Shown: positions 8,327-17,302 of the stretch, piece after piece
Layout of the letters: each line of letters starts with the position of its first letter
How positions within the stretch are numbered: the first letter of the stretch is position 1
DNA from: Candidatus Marinacidobacterales bacterium
GTDB lineage: Bacteria > Acidobacteriota > Vicinamibacteria > Marinacidobacterales > SMYC01
DNA length: 64,000 nt
Assembly: GCA_965224085.1 (NCBI GenBank)
Contig: CBDCYI010000005.1
Span: 1,472,001 to 1,536,000 of the forward strand
Direction of reading: 5' to 3'
Program-made: the position numbers and the translations under genes
The notes under the pieces: model-generated
What the model was told of the DNA's origin: nothing
The model's input: only the letters and a program-made list of their open reading frames with translations
Databases searched by the model: none

Positions 8327-9079
8327 ATGGGCAATATCTGGGCGCTCGTGGGCCGCGAGCTTAACGCCTATTTCGCTTCACTGATAGGTTACGTTACGCT
8401 CGCGCTGTTCTTGTTCTTCTACGGTTTCTATTTCTACGGGGAGCTCGAGATTTTCATAGACCCGAGGCGCGCAGCGGCGGGGCAGGTTCTGAACGTCAAC
8501 CAGGACATGATCCGATGGCTCCTGCACACGACTGCGTTCGTCATCTTGTTTCTCCTCCCCCTCGTCACGATGCGATCCTTCGCAGAGGAGCTGCGCTCGG
8601 GCACCATCGAGCTTCTATTCACTTCGCCGCTCACCGACTTAGAGATCGTGCTCGGTAAGTTCTTCGGCGCGCTCGCGCTCTATGTCATCATGCTCGGCGC
8701 GACGCTCGCCCATATCGGCATCCTCTTCTATTTCGGCGACCCGGAATGGAAGCCTATCGTCGTCGGCTATTTAGGGCTTTTTCTTCTAGGCGCGGGCTAT
8801 ATCGCGTTCGGCCTCCTGTTCAGCAGCATGACGAAAAACCAGATCATCGCGGGTTTCATGGCGTTCAACTTGTTCGTCTTTCTATACCTGATCGAGTTCG
8901 CCGAGTCGTGGGGCGGGTGGGCGGCGAGCGTCGTGCCCTATCTCTCCGTCAGCCGTCATCTCGCGGAGTTCGCGAAAGGTGTTCTCGACACGCGCGACAT
9001 CGTCTACTATCTCTCTTTCATCGGCTTCGGGTTGTTTCTCACGAAGCAAAGCATCGAGTCCTATCGGTGGCGCGGTTAG
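8327..9079 (+). CDS. ABC-2 permease (GldF-like)
   Basis: TMRSFAEELRSGTIELLFTSP, IVLGKF, multiple TM helices. Confidence 0.9.
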   Translation: MGNIWALVGRELNAYFASLIGYVTLALFLFFYGFYFYGELEIFIDPRRAAAGQVLNVNQDMIRWLLHTTAFVILFLLPLVTMRSFAEELRSGTIELLFTSPLTDLEIVLGKFFGALALYVIMLGATLAHIGILFYFGDPEWKPIVVGYLGLFLLGAGYIAFGLLFSSMTKNQIIAGFMAFNLFVFLYLIEFAESWGGWAASVVPYLSVSRHLAEFAKGVLDTRDIVYYLSFIGFGLFLTKQSIESYRWRG

Positions 9080-10641
9080 TGAAAAAGCTCACGCCTTACG
9101 TCGGCGCGCTCGGCCTCGGCTTCTTGGTCGCGGGCGTGCTGCTACTCGCTATGGAGCGGCAAAGCGAGACTTACTGGGCAGGCTTTCTCATCGCGGGCCT
9201 CGCGTGCTCCGCATTCACCATCGCGTCTCGCTTCTCGGAGCTCCGCGGTTTGTTCGGGCGCCGAAGCGCGAAACGGGGCGCGAATGCGGTGATGCTCATC
9301 GTGATCGTGGCAGGTATCGTCGTCCTCGTGAACATCATCGCCGACCAGCAAGCCACGCAGTGGGATTTTACCGCCGCGCAGCAATATTCGCTCTCGGAGC
9401 AGACGGTGAAGATCCTGGGGGAGCTCGCGACTGACAGCGAGATCGAGATAGTGCTGCTCGACCGCCGCGGGACAGAGCAGCAGCTGCGCGCAAGCGACCT
9501 GCTGCAACTCTACGACGCCGCGAGCTCGCGCGTGCACGTGAGCGTCATCGACCCTGAAGCGGAGCCCGAGCGAGCGCTCACCTATACGAACCCCACTGAG
9601 CCCGGCGTCACCCTGGGAACGATTATCGTAGCCGCAACAGGACGCACACAGCGAGCCACAGCCGCCACCGAACCGGAAGTGACCAACGCCATCATCCGCG
9701 TATTGAAGACAGAGACGAAGAAGATCTATTTCACGTCGGGGCATCAGGAGAAAGATCCGCTCGAGACCGACGCGAACGGCATCTCTGGAATCGCGTCGAA
9801 GCTCGAGGATTCGGCATACGCGATCGAGACCCTCGTGATCGCTCGGTCGCAATCCAAAGAGGCGCTTCGGCTCCCGGAAGACGCCGCGGCCATCGTCGTG
9901 GCAGGGCCACAAACGGATTTCCTCGATGAAGAGCTCGACGCTCTTCAGCTTTATCTCGACGGCGGCGGGAGCGCCATTTTTCTCGTCGACCCGGAGACCC
10001 AAAGCGTCACACCGGAGCTCGAGGCCTTTCTCGTCGAGCAAGGTATTGTTCTTGGAAACGACGTCGTCGTCGACGCGCTCGCTCAGCCGCCCGTCTATCC
10101 CGTCGTTCAAAGCTACGGGCTGCACCCCATCGTCGAGAGCTTCGGCAACGTGATGAGCATCTTTCCTCTCGCGCGGAGCGTCACGACCGCTTCTGAGCGA
10201 CCCGAAGGGTCCGAGATCCGCGAGCTGTTCACGACCGCCGACGAGAACAGTTGGGCGGAGACCCGACTCGAAGAGCTCGCCGAAAGACGTGGCCCGACGC
10301 CGGAGCAATCGCTCGGACCCATCGGGCTGGCCGTGGCCGCGACAATTCCACGCGGCCCCCGCGACGAGGAGACCGCCTCGCGTCTCGTCGTCGTGGGCGA
10401 TTCGGATTTCATCGCCAACGAGCTTACTTCGGCGCCGCTGCTGAACGCCGACTTGTTCTTGAACATGACGAATTGGGTCGCACAGGACGAAGATCTCATC
10501 TCCATTCGTCCGCGCGAGCCCGAAGACCGCAGGATCGCTCTCAGCGCGCGCGCGCGCACCAACGTCTTTTTTCTTTCGCTCTTCATCATTCCCGGTGTCG
10601 TCGCGGTCACGGGCGTCTCCGCCTGGTGGGGGCGGCGCTAG
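9079..10641 (+). CDS. GldG-like ABC auxiliary component
   Basis: WDFTAAQQYSLS, IYFTSGHQEK, VVGDSDF, NxDLFLN; GTG start overlaps the upstream stop. Confidence 0.85.
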   Translation: MKKLTPYVGALGLGFLVAGVLLLAMERQSETYWAGFLIAGLACSAFTIASRFSELRGLFGRRSAKRGANAVMLIVIVAGIVVLVNIIADQQATQWDFTAAQQYSLSEQTVKILGELATDSEIEIVLLDRRGTEQQLRASDLLQLYDAASSRVHVSVIDPEAEPERALTYTNPTEPGVTLGTIIVAATGRTQRATAATEPEVTNAIIRVLKTETKKIYFTSGHQEKDPLETDANGISGIASKLEDSAYAIETLVIARSQSKEALRLPEDAAAIVVAGPQTDFLDEELDALQLYLDGGGSAIFLVDPETQSVTPELEAFLVEQGIVLGNDVVVDALAQPPVYPVVQSYGLHPIVESFGNVMSIFPLARSVTTASERPEGSEIRELFTTADENSWAETRLEELAERRGPTPEQSLGPIGLAVAATIPRGPRDEETASRLVVVGDSDFIANELTSAPLLNADLFLNMTNWVAQDEDLISIRPREPEDRRIALSARARTNVFFLSLFIIPGVVAVTGVSAWWGRR

Positions 10642-10650
10642 TACCCATCG

Positions 10651-11937
10651 ATGAAACGTTCGACCGTGCTCGCGGCCGTCGTGCTCTTCTTGCTGGCCGG
10701 CTATGCCTATTGGCTAAAGCCAAACGCCGCGCGCGACGAAAGCATCGAGACCGTCTTCGACGTCGCGACGGACGCTATCGCACGCGTCGAGATCCGGCGC
10801 GCCGACGAGGACGGCGTCATCGTCGCGCGAGAAGACGGGACATGGCGTGTCGTGTCCCCCATCAACGCCCTTGCCGATGCGAGCGAAGTCGAGCTCGTAC
10901 TAGAGAACCTTGCGACGATGGCGCTCGAACGAGCGATCCCTACCGAAGCTGCAACGGACCGCGGCGCCTTCGGCATCGAAACACCCCGTCTCGAAGTCCG
11001 GTTCTTCACCGCCGACGGGGCCGAGCACGGTCTTCGTTTCGGAAAGGACACACTCACCCCAGCGAACCAGTACGCGGAGCGCATCGACGACGCGGCCGTG
11101 CTCGTCGTCGCCTCCGTGCTCTCGAATAACTTGGGAAAGACCGCGTGGGACCTTCGGGACAAAGCCATCTTCAACGTGCGCGAAGACGTCTCCGCAAAAC
11201 ACATCTCCGTGCGCCGCCCCGACGACAGGCTCGTGCTCGAGCGCGAGGGCGAGCGTTGGATAGTCACAACGCCGCCCCGAGCGCGCGCGAATCGCTTCTA
11301 CGTCACGGGCTTCGTGTCCCGTTTTCGGCGCGCCGAAATGGTCGATGTAGCCGCGGAGACGGCCGAAGATCTTTCCGAGTACGGCCTCGCCTCGCCCCGG
11401 CTAATTCTCCGCATCGAGCTCGATGAAGGAGAGCCGATCGTGCTCGAAGTGGGAAACAAAAACGTGCTCGACTATTTCGCCCGGAACCCGTCACGGCCGC
11501 CCGTCTTCTTGCTCGAGGCGGGCCTCGTGGAAAAGCTCAAGCAAGACGCGCGCGAGCTCTGGTCCACCAGGCTCTTCGACACACCGGCATACGAAGTGAC
11601 GCGGTTTCAGATCAACGCTCGCCGCGTGGAACAGGCGACAACGGATGCGGGCGACCTATGGCGCGAGGCGGGGACCGAGCTAGACAAGAAAACCGTCGAC
11701 GAGTTCCTCTCGAAGCTCACGGCTATCGAAGCGACTGATATTCGACCCGAAGCGCCTCCGTTCGAGCCCATAACCACCATCACCCTCTGGACCGAGACGG
11801 CCGAGGAGGAGATCAAGGTAGGTAAGGAGAAAGACGATACCGTGATCGCCCAACGACGCGGCGACGCCGTAACGCTAGAGCTCAACTTGGAGACGTGGCG
11901 CGAGATCGAAGCGCTCCTGAACCTCGATCCGGTCTGA
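10651..11937 (+). CDS. DUF4340-like repeat protein
   Basis: N-terminal anchor, repeated WxVxxP...AD and F/YGL..P units; usual fourth gene of Gld-like ABC clusters. Confidence 0.75.
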   Translation: MKRSTVLAAVVLFLLAGYAYWLKPNAARDESIETVFDVATDAIARVEIRRADEDGVIVAREDGTWRVVSPINALADASEVELVLENLATMALERAIPTEAATDRGAFGIETPRLEVRFFTADGAEHGLRFGKDTLTPANQYAERIDDAAVLVVASVLSNNLGKTAWDLRDKAIFNVREDVSAKHISVRRPDDRLVLEREGERWIVTTPPRARANRFYVTGFVSRFRRAEMVDVAAETAEDLSEYGLASPRLILRIELDEGEPIVLEVGNKNVLDYFARNPSRPPVFLLEAGLVEKLKQDARELWSTRLFDTPAYEVTRFQINARRVEQATTDAGDLWREAGTELDKKTVDEFLSKLTAIEATDIRPEAPPFEPITTITLWTETAEEEIKVGKEKDDTVIAQRRGDAVTLELNLETWREIEALLNLDPV

Positions 11938-11996
11938 ATTCGCTGTTTTGAGAGCGGTCCAATTAAGAAAAGCGTTTTCTGCGTTACGCTTTTTCA

Positions 11997-12824
11997 CTAC
12001 TGATCGTTTTTCGCGGTAAACAAGTCTTTTGCGCGCTCTGCGGCTTTCACCACCGCCTTGATCAGCGTGACGCGGAGCTTGCCTTCTTCGAGCTCGAGTA
12101 GGCCGTCGATCGTACAGCCGGCTGGCGTCGTGACCTCGTCTTTGAGGAGCGCCGGATGTGCGCCGGTTGCAAGGACTTGCTCGGCGGCGCCTTTGGCCGT
12201 TTGAGCGGCAAGAAGCGTCGCCGTTTCGCGCGGAAGGCCGAGCTTGACGCCCGCTTCGGCGATCGATTCGAGGATTACGTAGATATAGGCGGGTCCGCTC
12301 GCCGAAAGACTGGTGACGGCGTTCATGTGCCGCTCGTCCATGACGACGGTGCGTCCGACCGTATCGAACAAACGCCCGGCCAGAGCGACATCGTCGTCTC
12401 GGGCCGCCGCGCCGGGGCAGAGCACCGTCATGCCGCTTCCGACCGCGCATGGGGTGTTCGGCATGGCACGGATGACGGGAACACCGGGAAAGAAACGCTC
12501 GATAGCCGTATTGGGAACCCCGGCCAGTATCGAGATGATGAGCGTGTTCTTCGAAACGCTCCCGCGAATCGTCTCGCAGACATCCTCCATGACTTGCGGC
12601 TTGACCGCGAGGAGCAAGATGTCCGCACCGGAAGTCGCGGCGGCGCTGTCGGTATGGACCGGGAACGGGTGCTTCTTGTCCAGCATCTGGGCGCGCTCGA
12701 CGTGGCGTACAGTGCACACGATATCTTTGGGTAGAATCAACCCGCGGGCGATGAAGGCCTCCGCGAGAAGACCGCCGAGCTTTCCGAGCCCCACGATAGT
12801 CAGCTTCTTATTTATCGTTCCCAT
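11997..12824 (-). CDS. proC: pyrroline-5-carboxylate reductase
   Basis: GLGKLG, LLAVKPQ, RAMPNTP, SASGPAY, VTTPAGCT. Confidence 0.95.
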   Translation of the reverse strand: MGTINKKLTIVGLGKLGGLLAEAFIARGLILPKDIVCTVRHVERAQMLDKKHPFPVHTDSAAATSGADILLLAVKPQVMEDVCETIRGSVSKNTLIISILAGVPNTAIERFFPGVPVIRAMPNTPCAVGSGMTVLCPGAAARDDDVALAGRLFDTVGRTVVMDERHMNAVTSLSASGPAYIYVILESIAEAGVKLGLPRETATLLAAQTAKGAAEQVLATGAHPALLKDEVTTPAGCTIDGLLELEEGKLRVTLIKAVVKAAERAKDLFTAKNDQ

Positions 12825-12837
12825 CCGTTCATTGTAT

Positions 12838-14049
12838 CTACGATTCGCGGTCGACGGGCCGCGTATCGATGAGGCTCGCGCGCTTCACGCTGCCTTTGCC
12901 GAAGCGTTCTTCGAGACGATCCTTGGCGAGCGAGAGGCGATCGCTCTTGGCATACTTAGACTCAATTTCATTCCGTCCAAACAAAGAGAGCTGGCGCGAC
13001 GCGCTGGGCTTTTCGAGCTTCGAGAGACTGATCCCGAGTAGACGGATCTTTTTGTCTTTGCCGCGAACGCGCTCGACTTGCGCCATCGCGACGTCGAATA
13101 TTTCTTTGGCGTCGGCGGTAGGCTCCGGCAGCGTGCGCGAGCGTGTCTCGGTCACGAAATCGGCGTCGCGAAATTTCAACGTCACCGTTTTGCCTCGCAC
13201 ATCGTGCTTTCGCAGCCGAGTGGCGACCGCTTCGGCGAGATTCAGTAGCGTGGTCTGCATCACTTCGGGGTCGTCGGTATCTTCGAGAAAAGTCGTCTCG
13301 TGTCCGATCGACTTCGCTTCGTGATGAGGGATCACTTCTCGCGCGTCGATACCGCGCGAGAGCTTCAGGATGTGATCGCCGTGTTTTCCCATCGGGAGAC
13401 CACCCGGCTCGATCCGCCAAAGATCTCGGATCGCGCGACAGCCGAGCTCGTGGAGACGCTCGGCGGTCTTCGGCCCGACACCCCAGAGTCGTTCCACCGG
13501 GAGCGGCGCGAGAAAATCGAGCTCCTCACCGGGCGCTACAACGACGAGACCGTCGGGCTTTTCGAGGTCGGAGGCAATTTTCGCGAGAAATTTGTTCGGC
13601 GCTACTCCGATCGACGCTTTGAGCTGCACTTGCTGAAAGATGTTCTCTTTGACCTCCTGCGCGAGGACCTTTCCTTTCTCCGGACGGCAAATCACCGAAA
13701 CGTCGACAAAAGCTTCGTCTATCGAAAGCGGCTCGACGGAGTCGCTGTAGCTTCTCAAGATCGACATGATGGTCTTCGAGACGGCGCTGTACTGCTTCAT
13801 CCTCCCGCGAAGATAAACGCCTTGCGGGCAAAGCCGATAAGCGCGCCCAATGGGCATCGCGGAATAGACACCAAACTGGCGCGCTTCGTAGGACGAAGCC
13901 GCCACGACCCCCCGCCCAGCACCACCCTTGGGATCGGCCCCGACAATGACCGGCTTGCCCCGAATCTCCGGATGATCCCGCTGCTCCACAGACGTGTAGA
14001 ACGCGTCCATGTCTACATGGAAGATCGTGCGGCATTCAGCTATCAACAT
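12838..14049 (-). CDS. dinB: DNA polymerase IV
   Basis: HVDMDAFYTSVEQRD, SYEAR, LSIDEAF, AKIASD, SIGHETTF; start estimated. Confidence 0.95.
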   Translation of the reverse strand: MLIAECRTIFHVDMDAFYTSVEQRDHPEIRGKPVIVGADPKGGAGRGVVAASSYEARQFGVYSAMPIGRAYRLCPQGVYLRGRMKQYSAVSKTIMSILRSYSDSVEPLSIDEAFVDVSVICRPEKGKVLAQEVKENIFQQVQLKASIGVAPNKFLAKIASDLEKPDGLVVVAPGEELDFLAPLPVERLWGVGPKTAERLHELGCRAIRDLWRIEPGGLPMGKHGDHILKLSRGIDAREVIPHHEAKSIGHETTFLEDTDDPEVMQTTLLNLAEAVATRLRKHDVRGKTVTLKFRDADFVTETRSRTLPEPTADAKEIFDVAMAQVERVRGKDKKIRLLGISLSKLEKPSASRQLSLFGRNEIESKYAKSDRLSLAKDRLEERFGKGSVKRASLIDTRPVDRES

Positions 14050-14119
14050 TGAGCGGCATTCAGCATTCAAGGGCAGGCACCGGGATCCAGCCATCCCAGA
14101 GGGTTCATCTGCCTCCTAG

Positions 14120-14152
14120 TCAGGTGAATATCAGGAGAATATCAGGAAAATC
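14120..14152. repeat. three 11-bp direct repeats upstream of dinB (candidate operator)
   Basis: TCAGGTGAATA-TCAGGAGAATA-TCAGGAAAATC. Confidence 0.6.
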
Positions 14153-14202
14153 GAACGATCCGCCAGAAACTTCGATCTGACGCCGAGTTTACAGGTGCAC
14201 GC

Positions 14203-14421
14203 TCAGTGGCCCAGTTTCTTGCAGTAGCCGCTGTTTGCGCAGGGCCGTTCGGGCTCGATGACGCACGGTTTTCGGGTGGGGGAATCCAAGTCCTCGTCAC
14301 ATTCCGGGCCCTGGTAGATCTCGAGAAGCGCCGCGTGAACGCGGGCCGGTGGGGGCCTGTCCAGTCGCTTTTCGAGCTCGGCGCGCACCAGCGCTCGAAC
14401 GCGCGCGCGGTCGATGCTCAT
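14203..14421 (-). CDS. 72-aa BMC-associated protein, amphipathic N-terminal helix + Cys-rich C-terminus
   Basis: ATGA overlap with the BMC-P stop; IDRARVRALVRAELEKRL; C-x7-C-x5-C-x4-H. Confidence 0.7.
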   Translation of the reverse strand: MSIDRARVRALVRAELEKRLDRPPPARVHAALLEIYQGPECDEDLDSPTRKPCVIEPERPCANSGYCKKLGH

Positions 14422-14687
14422 TCGAGCTCCACCGCGTCCACAACCGCCACGATGGCAGCATCGAGCGGACTATCGGCTCGGCCCGAGATCATCGAAGCGC
14501 ACTTACCTTCCTGAACGACGAGCACGCGGTCGCCTTCACCAGCGTCGACGCCATCGACCGTCAGCATCGGGACACCTCGCGCGTCCCCTTCGGGTCCGAT
14601 GGGTTGGACGAGGAGAAGCTTGCGGCCTTCGAGCTTGTGATGCTTCGCCGTCGCGACGACGGCGCCTGTCACGCATCCTAGAATCAC
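14418..14687 (-). CDS. BMC vertex protein (EutN/CcmL, BMC-P)
   Basis: ILGCVTGAVVATAKH, KLLLVQP, DGVDAGEGDRVL, DAAIVAVVD. Confidence 0.93.
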   Translation of the reverse strand: MILGCVTGAVVATAKHHKLEGRKLLLVQPIGPEGDARGVPMLTVDGVDAGEGDRVLVVQEGKCASMISGRADSPLDAAIVAVVDAVELE

Positions 14688-14956
14688 GAACGCCTCTCTT
14701 CGATGCTATCGACCTTCCCGACAATCCCGGCATCGGCGGGAACGTGATCCGGGAGAAACGGAAAGGAGGCTTCCTTGCCGCGTACGTAGAACACGCGCTC
14801 AGAAACCCCGACACCCACGGCGTCGAGAGCGACGAGGCGCGGTCCGTTCGGCTCGCCCGACGGAGCGAGCGGCTGGATCACGAGAAGCTTCTTGCCTGCG
14901 AGCCCGGGATCTTTGAACGTGGCGACGACGTTGCCGACGACTTTCGCGAGCAGCAT
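14684..14956 (-). CDS. BMC vertex protein (EutN/CcmL, BMC-P)
   Basis: MLLAKVVGNVVATFKD, ALDAVGVGVSERV, DAGIVGKVD. Confidence 0.93.
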   Translation of the reverse strand: MLLAKVVGNVVATFKDPGLAGKKLLVIQPLAPSGEPNGPRLVALDAVGVGVSERVFYVRGKEASFPFLPDHVPADAGIVGKVDSIEERRS

Positions 14957-14961
14957 GGGCC

Positions 14962-15243
14962 TCAACCGCCTTCGCTTGGCAGCAGATCGATGTCATCCAC
15001 GATCCCGGCGATCGCAGCGTCGACCGGCCGGTCGGTGCAGCCTTCCACCATACGAGCAGAGCTCCCCGAAACTACGAGAACGAGTTCACCGTTACCGGCG
15101 CCCATCGTATCCACCGCGACAACGAAGCTGTCTTTGAGCCGGCCGTCCGGCTCGACAGCTTGCACGACGAGAAGCTTGAACCCCTCGAGGCGTGCGTCTT
15201 TTTGGGTGGCGACGACGGTGCCAGCCACTCTGCCGAGAATCAT
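14962..15243 (-). CDS. BMC vertex protein (EutN/CcmL, BMC-P)
   Basis: MILGRVAGTVVATQKD, AVDTMGAGNGELVL, GSSAR, PVDAAIAGIVD. Confidence 0.95.
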   Translation of the reverse strand: MILGRVAGTVVATQKDARLEGFKLLVVQAVEPDGRLKDSFVVAVDTMGAGNGELVLVVSGSSARMVEGCTDRPVDAAIAGIVDDIDLLPSEGG

Positions 15244-15263
15244 GCGCTAAGCGAGAACCGCGT

Positions 15264-15563
15264 TTACTTGCTGTTGGACTTGCCGATCGGGAGTCGATCT
15301 TCGAGGCTCGAATGCGGCCGCGGGATCACGTGGACCGAAACGAGCTCGCCGACACGCCGCGCCGCGGCGGCACCAGCATCGGTGGCCGCCTTGCATGCCG
15401 CGACGTCGCCGCGGACGATCGCCGTAACGAAACCGGCGCCAATCTTCTCGTAACCGATGAGCGTTACTTTGGCCGCCTTGACCATCGCGTCCGACGCTTC
15501 GATCATCGCCACGAGCCCTTTCGTCTCGATCATTCCAAGAGCTTCACCAAAAGAGTCCGCCAT
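15264..15563 (-). CDS. BMC hexamer shell protein (BMC-H, PduA/EutM-like)
   Basis: [32 protein letters not shown]; AGGAGG RBS. Confidence 0.96.
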   Translation of the reverse strand: MADSFGEALGMIETKGLVAMIEASDAMVKAAKVTLIGYEKIGAGFVTAIVRGDVAACKAATDAGAAAARRVGELVSVHVIPRPHSSLEDRLPIGKSNSK

Positions 15564-15583
15564 GAATCCTCCTAACTAATTAA

Positions 15584-15625
15584 AATGCTGAATGCTGAAT
15601 GCTGAATGCTGAATGCTGAATGCTG
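15584..15625. repeat. perfect heptamer tandem repeat (AATGCTG)x6
   Basis: Read directly; fills the spacer between the aldolase stop and the BMC-H RBS. Confidence 0.95.
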
Positions 15626-15629
15626 AAAA

Positions 15630-16403
15630 CTAAGTCCCCCCGACCTCACGAATAGCGTCCGAGATGAGCTGAATCAATTCGCTCCGCGTCATTTGTACGA
15701 CCTCGTCGCCGTTTCCGGCCACCGCTTCCGCGGGTATCGGACAGGCTTCCCCGCCCGGTGGCCCCTCGAGGTTGTAGACTTTTTGACGCAAGTCGAGAAG
15801 GCGCGACACTTCCTTTCTGGGTAAGAGCCGCTCGCCGCCGAGCTGACGCGAGATGAGCGAGATCTCTGCGAAGTGCTCGATGACTTCCAGCTTGAAATAG
15901 GCGTCGTAGACGTCTTTACCTACGGTTAGTGCGCCGTGGTTCGACAAGAGCAGCCCGTCCGACGTGCGGATCAAACGGTCCACGGAATCGGCGAGATCTT
16001 GGGTCGAAGGCGTCCCGTAATCGGCGAGCGGCACGCAGCCGAGCGTCACGACCACCTCGGCGAGCACTGCACGGTCGAGGGGCACTCCCGCAACAGCGAA
16101 GCCCGTGCATTTCGGTGGATGGGCATGAACGACCGCTTGCACATCGGGCCGGGCATTGTAGACCGAGATATGCATCTGGATCTCGGTCGAGATGCGAGGG
16201 CCGGACAGCGTATGGCCATCCATGTCGCAAGTCGAGATCATCTCCGGGGTCAAATAGCCTTTGCAGGCGCCGGCCGGCGTTCCCATGAGCTCGTTCTCAG
16301 AGAGCCTCATGCTGATATTGCCTTCCATCGCAGCAACGAAGCCGTTTTGATACATGCGGTGTCCCACTTCGCAGATATCTTGTTTATGGCTTTCGCGCGA
16401 CAT
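15630..16403 (-). CDS. class II aldolase (fuculose/rhamnulose-phosphate aldolase-like) with C-terminal encapsulation peptide
   Basis: EGNIS, STEIQMH, AVVHAHP, LLSNHG; Pro/Gly linker then RSELIQLISDAIREV. Confidence 0.9.
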   Translation of the reverse strand: MSRESHKQDICEVGHRMYQNGFVAAMEGNISMRLSENELMGTPAGACKGYLTPEMISTCDMDGHTLSGPRISTEIQMHISVYNARPDVQAVVHAHPPKCTGFAVAGVPLDRAVLAEVVVTLGCVPLADYGTPSTQDLADSVDRLIRTSDGLLLSNHGALTVGKDVYDAYFKLEVIEHFAEISLISRQLGGERLLPRKEVSRLLDLRQKVYNLEGPPGGEACPIPAEAVAGNGDEVVQMTRSELIQLISDAIREVGGT

Positions 16404-16405
16404 CG

Positions 16406-16681
16406 CTAGTGTGCGCTCAGAAAGCTGTCCCGGCAACGCTCGGAGCAGAAGTGATAGCGCTGACCGGACCGCGACTCCGTGAGGGCGCGTTGCTCGGGAA
16501 GATGGAGGCCGCAGACGGGATCGCGCACCATCAAGCCTTTGTGGATCGTCCGCTTTTCCGGGCTACGATCGGCGCTAGCGCCCACATGGCCGCGGGCATG
16601 CACCACAAGCCAACCAGCGACGGCGCGAAACACCATGCGCACGAGAAAAGCGATCAGAAGAAAGTAGACAAAGCGCGCCAC
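16406..16681 (-). CDS. YHS domain protein with N-terminal TM helix
   Basis: DPVCG ... YHFCSERCRDSF. Confidence 0.85.
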   Translation of the reverse strand: MARFVYFLLIAFLVRMVFRAVAGWLVVHARGHVGASADRSPEKRTIHKGLMVRDPVCGLHLPEQRALTESRSGQRYHFCSERCRDSFLSAH

Positions 16682-16682
16682 A

Positions 16683-17282
16683 TCAACTCCCGGGATGCGC
16701 CGACTGCAGCGCGTCGAGCTCGTCCCTTACGCTCTGGGCTTCTTCGGAGCTCGGCGCCACCGCCATTAGCTTTTGCCACATCGCCAAACCACCGTCGATG
16801 TCCTGTTGCAAATAGAGCTTGATACGTCCGAGGCCGAGCAAGCTCGGAGGATGATTCGGATCGATCGCGAGCGTTTGCTCGAAAGAGGCCACGGCGCCGT
16901 CCATGTTCCCCTGATTGAGATAAGACAGAGCGAGATGACTACGAACATGCACGTCTCGGGGCCCGAGCCCGACGGCCCTCTCGAGCCAGGGGACGGCCTC
17001 GACAAACCGCCCCGCATCCATATAGAGCTCTCCGATACGGGCCGAGAGCTGCGGATCGTCGGGGCTCGCAAGAGCGGAGGCTTCGAGCTTTCTGACTTGG
17101 CTCTCATCGAGCGGCGGAAACTGTGACTCACTATCGAGACCGATGGTGGACGCAGTGCTCGCGCTTCCACTCGCCATCACCTCCGCAGGGCTGTCCGGCG
17201 GCAACACCGCGCGAAACACGAAATAACCCGCGGCGATGCCAAAGCACAGTCCCGCGATAAAAAACCCGAGGTCCCGATTCAC
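16683..17282 (-). CDS. membrane-anchored TPR protein
   Basis: N-terminal TM; TPR patterns IGELYMDAGRFVEA, LALSYLNQGNMDGA, LAIDPNH. Confidence 0.85.
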   Translation of the reverse strand: MNRDLGFFIAGLCFGIAAGYFVFRAVLPPDSPAEVMASGSASTASTIGLDSESQFPPLDESQVRKLEASALASPDDPQLSARIGELYMDAGRFVEAVPWLERAVGLGPRDVHVRSHLALSYLNQGNMDGAVASFEQTLAIDPNHPPSLLGLGRIKLYLQQDIDGGLAMWQKLMAVAPSSEEAQSVRDELDALQSAHPGS

Positions 17283-17302
17283 GCGCGAAGTTTAGCAGTA
17301 AT

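Noticed and set aside
15584-15625. CRISPR array from the short repeats (also 23023-23076, 36016-36101)
   Set aside because: Repeats are contiguous with no unique spacers, and there are no cas genes in the window
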